A stretch of 63,350 nucleotides of DNA, counting the filler, from Octopus bimaculoides (lineage: Eukaryota): NCBI RefSeq assembly GCF_001194135.2. It is 7 parts of 6 records of this genome, joined end to end, with 100 filler letters (N's around TTAATTAATTAA, not from the genome) between each part and the next. Parts side by side here need not be neighbours in the genome. Positions count along the whole stretch, not along the records: positions 35,407 to 57,044 come from NC_068989.1; positions 57,145 to 60,219 come from NC_069007.1; 5 more parts are not named here. One strand, 5' to 3'. A program made the translations under genes and the position numbers. The notes beneath the pieces were generated by a model. It saw only the letters and a list, made by a program, of their open reading frames with translations, was not told where the DNA came from and searched no databases. This document shows positions 46,344 through 59,050 of the stretch, piece after piece; positions within the stretch are counted from its first letter, which is position 1, and every line of letters begins with the position of its first letter.

Positions 46344-48287
46344 NNNNNNNNNNNNNNNNNNNNNNNNNNNNNNNNNNNNNNNNNNNNNNNNNNNNNNNNN
46401 NNNNNNNNNNNNNNNNNNNNNNNNNNNNNNNNNNNNNNNNNNNNNNNNNNNNNNNNNNNNNNNNNNNNNNNNNNNNNNNNNNNNNNNNNNNNNNNNNNNN
46501 NNNNNNNNNNNNNNNNNNNNNNNNNNNNNNNNNNNNNNNNNNNNNNNNNNNNNNNNNNNNNNNNNNNNNNNNNNNNNNNNNNNNNNNNNNNNNNNNNNNN
46601 NNNNNNNNNNNNNNNNNNNNNNNNNNNNNNNNNNNNNNNNNNNNNNNNNNNNNNNNNNNNNNNNNNNNNNNNNNNNNNNNNNNNNNNNNNNNNNNNNNNN
46701 NNNNNNNNNNNNNNNNNNNNNNNNNNNNNNNNNNNNNNNNNNNNNNNNNNNNNNNNNNNNNNNNNNNNNNNNNNNNNNNNNNNNNNNNNNNNNNNNNNNN
46801 NNNNNNNNNNNNNNNNNNNNNNNNNNNNNNNNNNNNNNNNNNNNNNNNNNNNNNNNNNNNNNNNNNNNNNNNNNNNNNNNNNNNNNNNNNNNNNNNNNNN
46901 NNNNNNNNNNNNNNNNNNNNNNNNNNNNNNNNNNNNNNNNNNNNNNNNNNNNNNNNNNNNNNNNNNNNNNNNNNNNNNNNNNNNNNNNNNNNNNNNNNNN
47001 NNNNNNNNNNNNNNNNNNAAGGGTGGTAGTTTCATGATGGTGGTTGTAGTATTTAGGTGGTGGTGGTGGTGGTGGTGGTGGTGATGTGATTGTTGATGGC
47101 GGTGATGGTGGTTATCTCATCATCTACTTTCTACTTCATATATAAAGTTGCTTTTTCTCTTTTTATTTATTATTATATTTTTTTTAATTCTTTTTGCGAC
47201 CCCTAGGGTATGATTTCGCTGCTGCTTTTAACATGTCGAGTAGCCACATACATTGATAACGCTTTTGATTATATTTTACTAATTCATACATACATACACA
47301 CACACATGTACATTTACATGCATATACACACAAACACACAAATACATGCATATATACATGCATATGCAGATAACATACACATACATAGGTACAGACACAC
47401 ACACACACACGCATACACACACATACATACAGAGAGGTTACATATGTTATTTATAAACAAAGACAACCTAACGTAATGTTACATGACATTTGCTAAATTT
47501 AAACTTTCTCATTTCTCTTTCAGATATATCAACAACCATCATCACGGTAAATTCCACTTTGACGCTGAGCTTGTGACTGTAGCTGTGTCAACAACAGTGA
47601 CTTGGAGATCGCCGGCTCTGAAGTGTGGTTAGGTTCTTTGTAGTAGGAGTCAAGAAAGACGCGAGTCCTCTCAATGGGGATGTATTATCCTTGGTCAAAG
47701 AGATTCTCAGCGATTACACGTCGTAAGGACGGGCGGGGTTCTTCCAACGACAACCCCAGCGAGTTGATGTCGGCTATCACCAAGCAGCTTAAGATGTGTG
47801 GTGCACGATGATACTATCCTACGTAATGAGGAGAAGGCAGTTTATGATGGGCAAGATTAAGGCGAATTGATACAAAACCTATAAAATGTTGTGTCTAGGA
47901 AGTCGTCAGTAAGACGACTCAGCCACCGGTGGCCCCTACAGTTTCAAGGACTCACTAAACCTTTGGGATGTTTTAGACGGTACGAACAGATGTCACCTGA
48001 CACTGGCATGTAGTCGCTCACCATGGCTACATCATTAGGTCTGAGGTTTTATGCCTTGTTTCTTTGATGTTATCTTTGATGTTATCAGAACGTTACTTTT
48101 TAAATTACCATAGCATCGTACAAAACTCATTAAAACTCTTATGTAAACAGCAGTATAATCTTTAACATTCTGAAAACAGAAGAAATAAGAGAATTAGGAA
48201 GAAATAAATATTTATAGTGAAGTACAAGTTTTATCAGCCTAATAAAATGCAGGTACTGTAAATGCTATAAAACAATATACTGTACTG

Positions 48288-48411
48288 TACAGAGGTGTAC
48301 GAAAAGTCTTGAGCCTGAAAAAAAAAACATGGTACAAGACTTCTGGTGAAGGTACAAGACTTCAAGTCTCAAAAGCCTTGAAGGCTCGAAACTTTTCAGA
48401 CACCCCTCGTA
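48288..48411. mobile_element. Mariner-derived MITE
   Basis: Imperfect TIRs of about 30 bp (TACAGAGGTGTACGAAAAGTCTTGAGCCT; reverse complement of right end TACGAGGGGTGTCTGAAAAGTTTCGAGCCT), TA termini, and the internal direct repeat GGTACAAGACTTC twice. Confidence 0.75.
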
Positions 48412-48703
48412 CTTTGAGAAGCAACGATCCATTTTAAATACTGTTGAAACTTGCTTTCATGACAATCAATTAATTAACTCAAATTAGCACAAATTCTTTT
48501 AAATCTAATTAACAACACATTTATTTTATTTTATTTTTTCTAGGTCCCATTTGCTTGAGGGTTCCAGTTATTTGAGTACGGAATAAATGGAAGTCTAGTG
48601 TTAGATCAAATCATGTGTCATCTTCTTTGGTGTGCTGGTTTCAAATAATTCCTAATCATACTATAGGAATTTGGAAAGAGAAAGTAGTGACTGTGATGAA
48701 AGA

Positions 48704-48768
<65 letters not shown>

Positions 48769-48935
48769 AATGAAGTTTTGTAATGAATGGTGGATTAACT
48801 AGATGAGTAAACAGGTGGGAGAGTGAAAGAATGATAGAAGAATGGAAGGTTATGGTGATGGTGGTGGCGGCGGCGGCGAGGTGATGGCGGGGGTGATGAG
48901 GATGATGCTGCTGTTGTTGTTGATGATGATGATGA

Positions 48936-48969
<34 letters not shown>

Positions 48970-49376
48970 GGGAGGAGGGGGAGGAGAGAAAGCACGAGAT
49001 AGGCAGCAATCGTCCAGCATTCAGGAGAAGAAACGCTGAAGCACCAATGAAGGGCGGAATAAAGATAAAGAGAGGAAGAAAGAATGAGTGTAATAAAGTA
49101 GAAAAGGGAAGGTGGAAAGAAGAAAGACGGAGCTATGCAACACAGGGACGAGGACGAGTAAATCAGAACTTTATTTAATGAAATAAAGAGAGGGAGAGAG
49201 TGATAGAATGACTAGAGATGGTAATGGGTGAATGAGAGAAGTTTGTGCATGATGAAGATGTGGAGAAGGGAGATAATTAGGAAGGAAGAGAAAAAAATGG
49301 AGGTAGAATTTGACCGAATGAAAAAGAAGGAATTATATATATACATGCATACACGGATCAATACATTATATATATA

Positions 49377-49603
<227 letters not shown>

Positions 49604-49974
49604 TTTTGCTTGTTTCAGTCATTTGACTGTGGCCATGCTGGGGCATATATATATATAAAATAAATATATGTATGTGTATGTGTGTGTGTGTGTATAGATA
49701 GATAGATAGATAGATAGATAGATTGTGCCATGTTGATCGTTCCCCTGGATTCAGACAATTTTGTTTTACCCAAGATGATTAATCAATCCCTTTCAAAACA
49801 AATAATCTGAAATGCAGAGGGGCAATTAGAACGATAACATGTTTAGTAAGGTAAAGAGAAGTGTAGTAAGAACTCACCCGCGTCCAAGAACTCTCAGGGA
49901 CGGCTGCCTGGTTTTCATGGAGTATAAATGACCAAGATGGCAACGTTCCCCTTGGGTTAATCATCTACAATTGA

Positions 49975-50100
49975 ATGGACGGGTAACATAAAATGAAGTA
50001 TTTTGCTCAAGAACATAATGCACTGCCTGATCCGGGAATCGAAACCACAATGTTACGATCATGAATGCAACACCCTTAACCACTGGGCCATTCACCTTCA
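49975..50100 (-). mobile_element. SINE family F
   Basis: Minus: GGTGAATGGCCCAGTGGTTAAGGG...GGTTTCGATTCCCGG...GTTCTTGAGCAAAATACTTCATTT. Confidence 0.72.
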
Positions 50101-50704
50101 AAGAATAGGAAAGAATGATAGAAAGGGAGGGTGAGAGTCCTGGCTTGCTTTAAAACAGACTAGGATTTTGCTGACGAAGCAAAGAAGACCACAGTGCAGT
50201 TTTTGTGTCTGCTGTTTTTGTTGTTACTAATGCCGACTCTCCTCTCTTAATGATATTTGTGACAGAGGTGATGGTCATGGTTATTGCTTTGTTGATTGAA
50301 AGAGGAAGAATGTCTTCTTCAATGAAATATTTAAGCAGGAAGTATTTAAGTGCGGATTCCCTTTGCTACTTGTAGCTCGTCCAGTTATCCCCCTTGTATC
50401 TACTTGTATCTCGTCCTTGTATTTACTTGTATCTCGTCCAGTTATCGGCTGCCAAAATCTACGTACGTTTATATTATTTTTCTTTTCTTCTTAAATTTTT
50501 CAAACAAAAATGAGAAAAGTGTTTTCCACGGGAGCACAAACTAAAACTGTAGACGTCCCAACTCCTGGCGATTAATGGTCGATCTCGCAACGAAAGGGTC
50601 AAACAAAATTTTCAAGGAACACAAAAATTTGAAAGAGCAAAGAAAATAGCAATTTATATAGCACATACATAGCGATAACAAACGGAGAAAATTCAGCCAA
50701 AAGC

Positions 50705-50705
<1 letters not shown>

Positions 50706-50795
<90 letters not shown>
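50706..50795. repeat. (TAA)n tract
   Basis: Seen directly. Confidence 0.95.
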
Positions 50796-50797
<2 letters not shown>

Positions 50798-52599
50798 CAG
50801 GCAGTGGCACTCGTGGCTTCTGATCTTAACTGGTCGGAAGTGTTATCATGCTCATTGATACTCACGATAGATAGGGCTGATAGCTGGATCCATCCTTCAC
50901 TTACACGTGATAACAACTATGCAACATTAATCCGCAAATCACAGACACTGGATGCGTGAAAAGCAGAGGGTTTCGTCAACTTATATATTAAATGAGACAC
51001 TTGGACATGTTTGGTTGTTAAGTTTCAACATAGGAATGCCTTTTGGGTTTATCCTGAACGGGTAAAGATTTCCCCCTGTAGTACTGCTGGTTCAAAAGTT
51101 TTTGGTAATTCTTCATAACCTCCGACAAGTCCTCTACAGAAGATTGCTATAACTGAAATTCTCCTAAAGAAGTTCTCATTGACGCCTAGTATTACTTATA
51201 CGTCATCGTTACTCATACCTTACAGTAACTCTTTAAAAAAATGTGAGGATCATTTTCTACTAGTGTTATCGTTCCGCTCTTCGAGTGCAGTGATCATCTG
51301 ACGATGTTTCAGATGACGATCGTTCAGCCTTGACCCGCTTTTGACTCATGGCTACAACTCAGTCACAGAAGGATGGGTCGCATCAATGGCAAACAGACCT
51401 GTTCACCGTCATCGCTGTCCAAGTATCTCATTGTGTGTCACTTTCAGTGCATGTATTGCTGTCATCAGCCACAGCATTCAGAAAACACCTTAAGACAGTG
51501 CTTCCCAAACGTCCCTTTGACACCCAGGCCACAAACAGAGACCATTTTCTGTAGCAAATTCAAAACAGCTGTATTTTACAAATAAAACTTAACCTGATTA
51601 ATCCATTATTGTGAGCTTTTTACATCCATTGCCCCTTTTGGCCACCCCATTATTACCCCACTTTTCTTTAACGCCCCATAGATCTTTCCGTCGCCTCAAA
51701 GGGGACAGTACTGCCCATTTTGGGAACTACTGCCTTAAGAGAACTGATGGACATCCTAGTCACCGGGAAATCCTCTTCTATACGACGCTGGAACAGGATC
51801 AGATGTTTCCTGTGTCAAAGTATGACTGATGCGATGAGGATGTTAGTCACTTACCCAGGACCGTTCACAAAAAGCTTTCTGTCATACCGTTCCTGATTGA
51901 GGTTCACCGTCCTTCTCGTGTCTTTTTGTCAGTCTTTTTTTTTTCACATTGGAGTACTGCTTCTAACCTGGCCCTTGGTCGGTGTGGCATTGACTAGTCC
52001 GGACATATTCACTTTCCCGTTGTCTCCTGGTATTCCTCTACAATAATGCCGACGACCTCGATTTCCGATTATTGATGTGTCCGACGCCATGACAGTGACC
52101 CAAAACCACCATTGATATACAACTACTATCAACATCTTCACCACCACTGCTACCATCACCATCATCATCACCACCACCAACACCACTACCACCACCACCG
52201 TCATCACCACAACCACCATCAATACTATGGCCAGCTTCGAAATTACCAACACCACCAATATCAACAACACACACCACTACCAAGCTCACCCCCCAACATC
52301 AAATATATATATTACTACCAACGGCACTCCATCATCAATACTCCACCCACATCATCGATGTCGACAACACCGCTACTACCTCCACCTACACTGCCAGCAA
52401 CAGCATCATCAACAACACCAATACCAAATATATAAAATTACTGCCGACGCACCACCATCAACCACAACAGCAGCACACCACCACCACCTCCACCACCACT
52501 GCCACTAACAACAACAATTACAAAACTAATGGCGGAGAACGATAGGAAATCGTCAATTGAACAATGCCACAAGAAGTAATCACAACTACAGTCTGTGGT

Positions 52600-52660
52600 T
52601 TCCTCTTCCGGAAGTAGCGCCATATTACAATAAAGGACGACAATACAGTACTTCCGGCCA
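52600..52660 (-). promoter_or_regulatory. Candidate TATA-less Pol II promoter (ETS and YY1-like motifs)
   Basis: CTTCCGGAAG palindrome 52605-52614 (CCGGAAGT 52608-52615), CGCCATATT 52618-52626 and ACTTCCGG 52650-52657, in unique CpG-containing sequence. Confidence 0.4.
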
Positions 52661-52801
52661 GGGCTGTCTTCTTTGTCGATGACTTTTTCTCGTGAATTAT
52701 TTTTATTAGAATTTGTTATTTTTATTCGTCATCATTTCAAAAATACATCAAGTTTTCTTACCATCCTTGATATTTTATCAGACGTTGTGGTTAATAAAGA
52801 A

Positions 52802-52863
<62 letters not shown>

Positions 52864-53700
52864 TTTTTTGTTATGCCTTCTGCGCCATAGCATCTTTTCC
52901 CAATCGTCCACACTACGTTCACCAACATAACCACCACCATGGCCACCACCACGACCACTACTATCACCACTACAGCAACCACTACCACTACTAATACCAC
53001 CACCACCACCACTANNNNNNNNNNNNNNNNNNNNNNNNNNNNNNNNNNNNNNNNNNNNNNNNNNNNNNNNNNNNNNNNNNNNNNNNNNNNNNNNNNNNNN
53101 NNNNNNNNNNNNNNNNNNNNNNNNNNNNNNNNNNNNNNNNNNNNNNNNNNNNNNNNNNNNNNNNNNNNNNNNNNNNNNNNNNNNNNNNNNNNNNNNNNNN
53201 NNNNNNNNNNNNNNNNNNNNNNNNNNNNNNNNNNNNNNNNNNNNNNNNNNNNNNNNNNNNNNNNNNNNNNNNNNNNNNNNNNNNNNNNNNNNNNNNNNNN
53301 NNNNNNNNNNNNNNNNNNNNNNNNNNNNNNNNNNNNNNNNNNNNNNNNNNNNNNNNNNNNNNNNNNNNNNNNNNNNNNNNNNNNNNNNNNNNNNNNNNNN
53401 NNNNNNNNNNNNNNNNNNNNNNNNNNNNNNNNNNNNNNNNNNNNNNNNNNNNNNNNNNNNNNNNNNNNNNNNNNNNNNNNNNNNNNNNNNNNNNNNNNNN
53501 NNNNNNNNNNNNNNNNNNNNNNNNNNNNNNNNNNNNNNNNNNNNNNNNNNNNNNNNNNNNNNNNNNNNNNNNNNNNNNNNNNNNNNNNNNNNNNNNNNNN
53601 NNNNNNNNNNNNNNNNNNNNNNNNNNNNNNNNNNNNNNNNNNNNNNNNNNNNNNNNNNNNNNNNNNNNNNNNNNNNNNNNNNNNNNNNNNNNNNNNNNNN

Positions 53701-53751
<51 letters not shown>

Positions 53752-54341
53752 CATCTCCAGCCACCACCACTACTTTTAAAACCTCACTCACACAACACAA
53801 ACATACGCATACGTTCGAGTACATAAACGTGCGCATACACACATATACATATATATATGCAATAGACAGACACACACATGCATACTTACGTATACATATA
53901 TTGACGTACGCTTAGGCACAGCATACACACATTACATATGCATGTCATTGTGGTTGGGGGGAGGAGGGTTATAGTGATGTAGGTTTTCACGCATGTCATT
54001 GTACGTATACGTGTGACTATTTGCATGTATTAATATATCTCCATGTATGTATTAATATATATATTTATGTATGTGCATTCATACGCGTGCGCTAGTAAAT
54101 TTGTGTGCGTAAATGTACATGCACGCATACATCACACTGCCTCCTTCATTTTGTATACGCATATACGCATACATATCCGCACGTTGAAACACACGCACAG
54201 ATATACGCTGACACGTATGCATACACACTTATATTCATGCACACACAACGCACACATACATATATAGATAGTCCGATAGATAGACAGTTAGACAGACAAG
54301 CAGGCAGACAGACAGACAGACAGACAGACATACATACAGAC

Positions 54342-54396
<55 letters not shown>

Positions 54397-54401
54397 TAGA
54401 C

Positions 54402-54442
<41 letters not shown>

Positions 54443-54479
54443 TAATATATAAATATATATTTATATATTCACATGCACA

Positions 54480-54527
<48 letters not shown>

Positions 54528-55033
54528 TATATGTATATNNNNNNNNNNNNNNNNNNNNNNNNNNNNNNNNNNNNNNNNNNNNNNNNNNNNNNNNNNNNNN
54601 NNNNNNNNNNNNNNNNNNNNNNNNNNNNNNNNNNNNNNNNNNNNNNNNNNNNNNNNNNNNNNNNNNNNNNNNNNNNNNNNNNNNNNNNNNNNNNNNNNNN
54701 NNNNNNNNNNNNNNNNNNNNNNNNNNNNNNNNNNNNNNNNNNNNNNNNNNNNNNNNNNNNNNACACACATATATATACGTTCGCACACACCCATATACAC
54801 AGCATTATACACGTCGTCAACATTGATGATACGAAATAGAACGGATGACAATTGCTATTTCTCGATGAATCAGTCTCCACATTCGAGACACTGCAGACGA
54901 CATATCTACTCCCACTTCAAGTCCATTAATGGTTATCTTATATTGCTGGAGGTTGTTTGTGTTTCTAACATCTTCAAATTTACTCCATGATAAACAGCCC
55001 CAGAAAACTTAAGCAATACCATACATATATATG

Positions 55034-55070
<37 letters not shown>

Positions 55071-55933
55071 CGTGCATACATATATATCACCCGACACATT
55101 AAATATCCTCTTCTAGGCTTTACACTCAATTTTATTTCTCCCACCGCCACCCTCATCCCATTTTCTCCCCTCTCTAAAAACGATCATTGTAGTCCTCTAC
55201 TCTCCTTGTCAGTTCTTTAGTCGCCTATCCTCTTCTGAATTTTTTGTGTCATCGTCTCCACATTTCATGTCTCCACCTCCTCTTCATTCTCTTCTTACTT
55301 CATGTCCTTCCTCTTCTCCTTTCCCCTTCTTCTTCTTCTTCTTCTTCTTCTTCTTCTTCTTCTTCTTCTTCTTCTTTGTTCTCTTCGTCGTTGTTCTCCC
55401 TCTACGTCTTCCTCTTCTCTTCCTCTTCTCTTCCTCTTCCTCCTCCTCCTCCTCCTCTTCATTCTGCAAGCAACCTTTGACAGTTAACTTTCAACCGTCC
55501 AGTCCACCCAGCTGCAAGATGATACAGTTCAGTGTACCATGATCCAAACACTCAACAGCTAAATGTCCAGTCCGGTACCATGGTATGCTACAGTTCACCC
55601 TACCATAACGATGACAATGAATTCTCAGTCAAACTATAAGTAGCCACCACAGTGAGGTATAGTTCCCTGTACAGCATCCATGTCAAAGACATCTGTCATT
55701 AGTCCAGTCTACAGCGCTGGATTAACCATTATGCAAAATAAACACGTGCTTAGGCATCGAGAAGAGACACTACAGAAAGGGTAAATGGTCTACGGCACAA
55801 AAGAAATCACCTTATAATTGCTAAAATGATATTCCACGTGGTTCATATGACCGGAAATATAATTTCGAAGTGTTCATCTTGTCATAGGAGAAAACTTTTC
55901 AAATATATTTAAAGTGGAAGTATACCAAAATAA

Positions 55934-56246
55934 GTGGAGGCGCAATGGCCCAGTGGCTAGGGCAGCGGACTCGCGGTCGGAGGATAACGGTTTCGATTCC
56001 CAGACCGGGCATTGTGTGTATGTTTATTGAGCGAAAGCACATGAGGCTCCGGCAGGGGATGGTGGCGACCCCTGTTGTACTCTTTCGCCCCAACCCTCTC
56101 TCACTCTTTCTTCCTGTTTCTTGAGTAACGCTGCGATTGACTGGCATCCCGTCCAGCTGGTGGAAGAACACATACGCCAAAGAAACCGGGAAATCGGGCC
56201 CATGAGCCTGGCTAGGCTTTAAAAGGGGCGCATAAATAAAAAATAA
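55934..56246 (+). mobile_element. SINE with a family B head/body but a different 3' tail, with TSD
   Basis: Matches 2381 onward up to CTTCCTGTTTC (56120), then an unrelated tail. The 12-bp repeat ATACCAAAATAA lies at 55922-55933 and 56247-56258. Confidence 0.88.
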
Positions 56247-56454
56247 ATACCAAAATAAAAATTATTTTTCCATCTATTGTTAGTTTTGTCTCATTTTGAA
56301 CAATAAAAATTTATTCCATGGTTTATCATTGTTTATGTTTTCAATTACATATATATGGAGGTAACAAAATCTTTCGAGTGCTTAGGGCCTCTGTAGGTCT
56401 TAATCTGGCCCTGCCAGTCAATGTCACTATGTAAATAACTTCTTTTCGTTTTTT

Positions 56455-56862
56455 TTTTCTTTACTTATTTCAGTGTTTGACTGCGGCTATGCTGGAGCAC
56501 CACCTTTAGTCGAATAAATCGACCCCAGGACTGATTCTTTATAAGCCTAGTACTTATTCTATCGGTCTGTTAAGCCAAACCGCTATGTTGCTGGGACGTA
56601 AACACACCAAAATCAGCTGTCAAACGATAGTGGCGGGGATAAACACAGACACAAATACGCACTCGCGCGCGCATACACATACATACACATATATACATAC
56701 GACGGGCTTCTTTCAGTTTCCGTCTACCAAATCCACTCACAAGGTTTTGGTCGGCCCAAGGCTATAGTAGAAGACACTTGCTCAAGGTGCCACGCAGTGG
56801 GACTGAACCCGAAACCATGTGACTGGCAAGCAAGCTTCTTACCACCCAGCTAAGCCTGTGCT
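56455..56862 (-). mobile_element. SINE family A, full length
   Basis: 3' module 56455-56660, (CA/TA) spacer, head half 56698-56862. Confidence 0.88.
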
Positions 56863-56904
56863 AAGCAGATGACACATATTCCATCATGTAAAATTACCAA
56901 ATAG

Positions 56905-57044
56905 GCGCAACCAACCACATGGTTCCGGGTTCAGTCCCACTGTGTGGCACCTTGGGCAAGTGTCTTCTACTATAACCTCGGGCCGACCAAAGCCTTGTGA
57001 GTGGATTTGGTAGACGGAAACTGAAAGAAGCCCATCGTATATAT
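56905..57044 (+). mobile_element. SINE family A head half, cut by a gap
   Basis: Reverse complement of 56698-56820 with few mismatches. Confidence 0.88.
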
Positions 57045-57284
57045 NNNNNNNNNNNNNNNNNNNNNNNNNNNNNNNNNNNNNNNNNNNNTTAATTAATTAA
57101 NNNNNNNNNNNNNNNNNNNNNNNNNNNNNNNNNNNNNNNNNNNNATATACAAATTATAAAAATGATTTTTTTAATATATACAGTACGTTATTATTTTTAA
57201 TTCGCGGATTTTCACCTAATCCCACGATAGTTGAAGGATTACTGTACAAGTAAATCAATTGCTAGACAGACAAACAGATAGCTA

Positions 57285-57357
57285 GCTAAATAGATAGATA
57301 GATAGACAGACAGACAGATAGATAGATAGATAGAGAGATAGATAGATAGACAGACAG

Positions 57358-57434
<77 letters not shown>
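57285..57434. repeat. (GATA/GACA)n followed by inverted (TCTA)n
   Basis: Seen directly. Confidence 0.92.
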
Positions 57435-57869
57435 TTGACTCACAAACATGTTTGTAAAGCAAATATTATTTTAGTCAATCCCGAACAACGATACTTTTGA
57501 TCTCTGCATTACAAGTAACAAAGAACTCATTCATGACACCTGTGCTTTCTTGTGACCATAACTTAAAAGAATTAACAATGGCCGGTTCAAAGGGAGTGTA
57601 GGTATGCTCCTCACTAGAAATACTCAAACTCCGTGCTGCCTGATTTTCCAGAAGGTTCGCCGGAAATCACTTCAAAACAGAAGTGGCTCAAAATTCTGTC
57701 ATTACGAGACATGACACTGAAGCAGTTTGTTTTAATGAGGTAACCTTTATTACATTAGATTTGTCTCTGAGACAAAGACCAACATTCAAGGAAAGAAAAA
57801 TGGTGATAAGACACAATACAAAAGTTTTAAATCGCTTGAAGAAACAAATCCCTGACAGCGAAAATCCCA

Positions 57870-58770
57870 CTTGATAAGGAAACCGTTAGAAATTTTGAAC
57901 TTAACAAAACGCTGTCATGAAAAGAAAAGAGTTAATAGGAGAACTAAGGTTGTAGAAAGTATAAAAAAAAGAAACCCTAACAATTTTTATAAATTCACAA
58001 ACCAACCACCTTAACTACATCAACAAGAAGGACAAAGAGTTTCAAGAAAATGACTCCCCAATCACAAATTCAAAAAGGGTGAAATACTAAATGAATAATT
58101 CTAGATTTCTCACCATCTGATAGATGAAGTGAAAATAAATCAGTTTTTCATAGGAGAATGACAATCATAGAATATATATAAAAGAGGAAGATGTGTTGTC
58201 AGCTATCGATAAAATGAACCGAAACCCAGCAACGGGCTCTGATGGGTTTCTTACAACTCTCACGGAAACATGGAAAATGGTTCCTAGAAAACCACTTGAG
58301 ATACTTTTCAAAAGATTCCTTCCAAGTGTTTATCACTCAAAAATGTTGTAACGGAATAGATTCTAACAATCACACAGTTTATTGTTTCTCAGATTTTAAA
58401 TATCAGAAAAGCCATGGAAAAAAAAGTTCAGTGGAAAAGCGATTATGCTTTTGTAGTAAAGCAAGGTATATAATCAGCATGCTTTTCCATATAAATTGTC
58501 TCATTTAGCTTATATAACATTATGACTTGTTATTGAAACAGTTGTTCAACCAATCAAACCTAGATGTGGCACATCTCGATTTTGTGAAGACTTTCAATGG
58601 AAATAAGTTGATTAAAGAACTGTGTCACAAACTACTTGATTTCAGCATTGTTAGTAAAAATAGGAGAGTAGCTGATTGACCTTTTAATAGACAAAAGTGA
58701 AGCTGTTGTAGGCTAGGATGTTTTTTTGTAGGAATTCAATAATTTCAACCGATCGCAAGGGACTGCAAGC
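57870..58770 (+). mobile_element. Decayed CR1-type LINE remnant
   Basis: EDVLSAIDKMNRNPATGSDGF (about 58190-58250) and LDVAHLDFVKTF (about 58560-58597) resemble pre-RT and RT motifs. Confidence 0.5.
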
Positions 58771-59003
58771 AGAAAAGTGATATGAAGAGACTAAAATAGT
58801 AAAAAAAAAAAAGAAAAAAGAAAAAAGAAAAAACTGCTTCGAAAAGTGAAAGTGTGAATTGTGTGGATGTGTAACCAGATGTGAATAGACAGAGAGGACG
58901 GGGACGATTTAGAGTGCTAAAGGTTAGACTATCATTGTATGCACTATTCTACCTCTCCACACATACATACACTCACGTGCACACGCACTTGCACGTGCGA
59001 GCG

Positions 59004-59050
<47 letters not shown>

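Noticed and set aside
51440-51470. Minus-strand CTGATGA..GAAA
   Set aside because: There is no proper stem II closing pair and no NUH or stem I complement.
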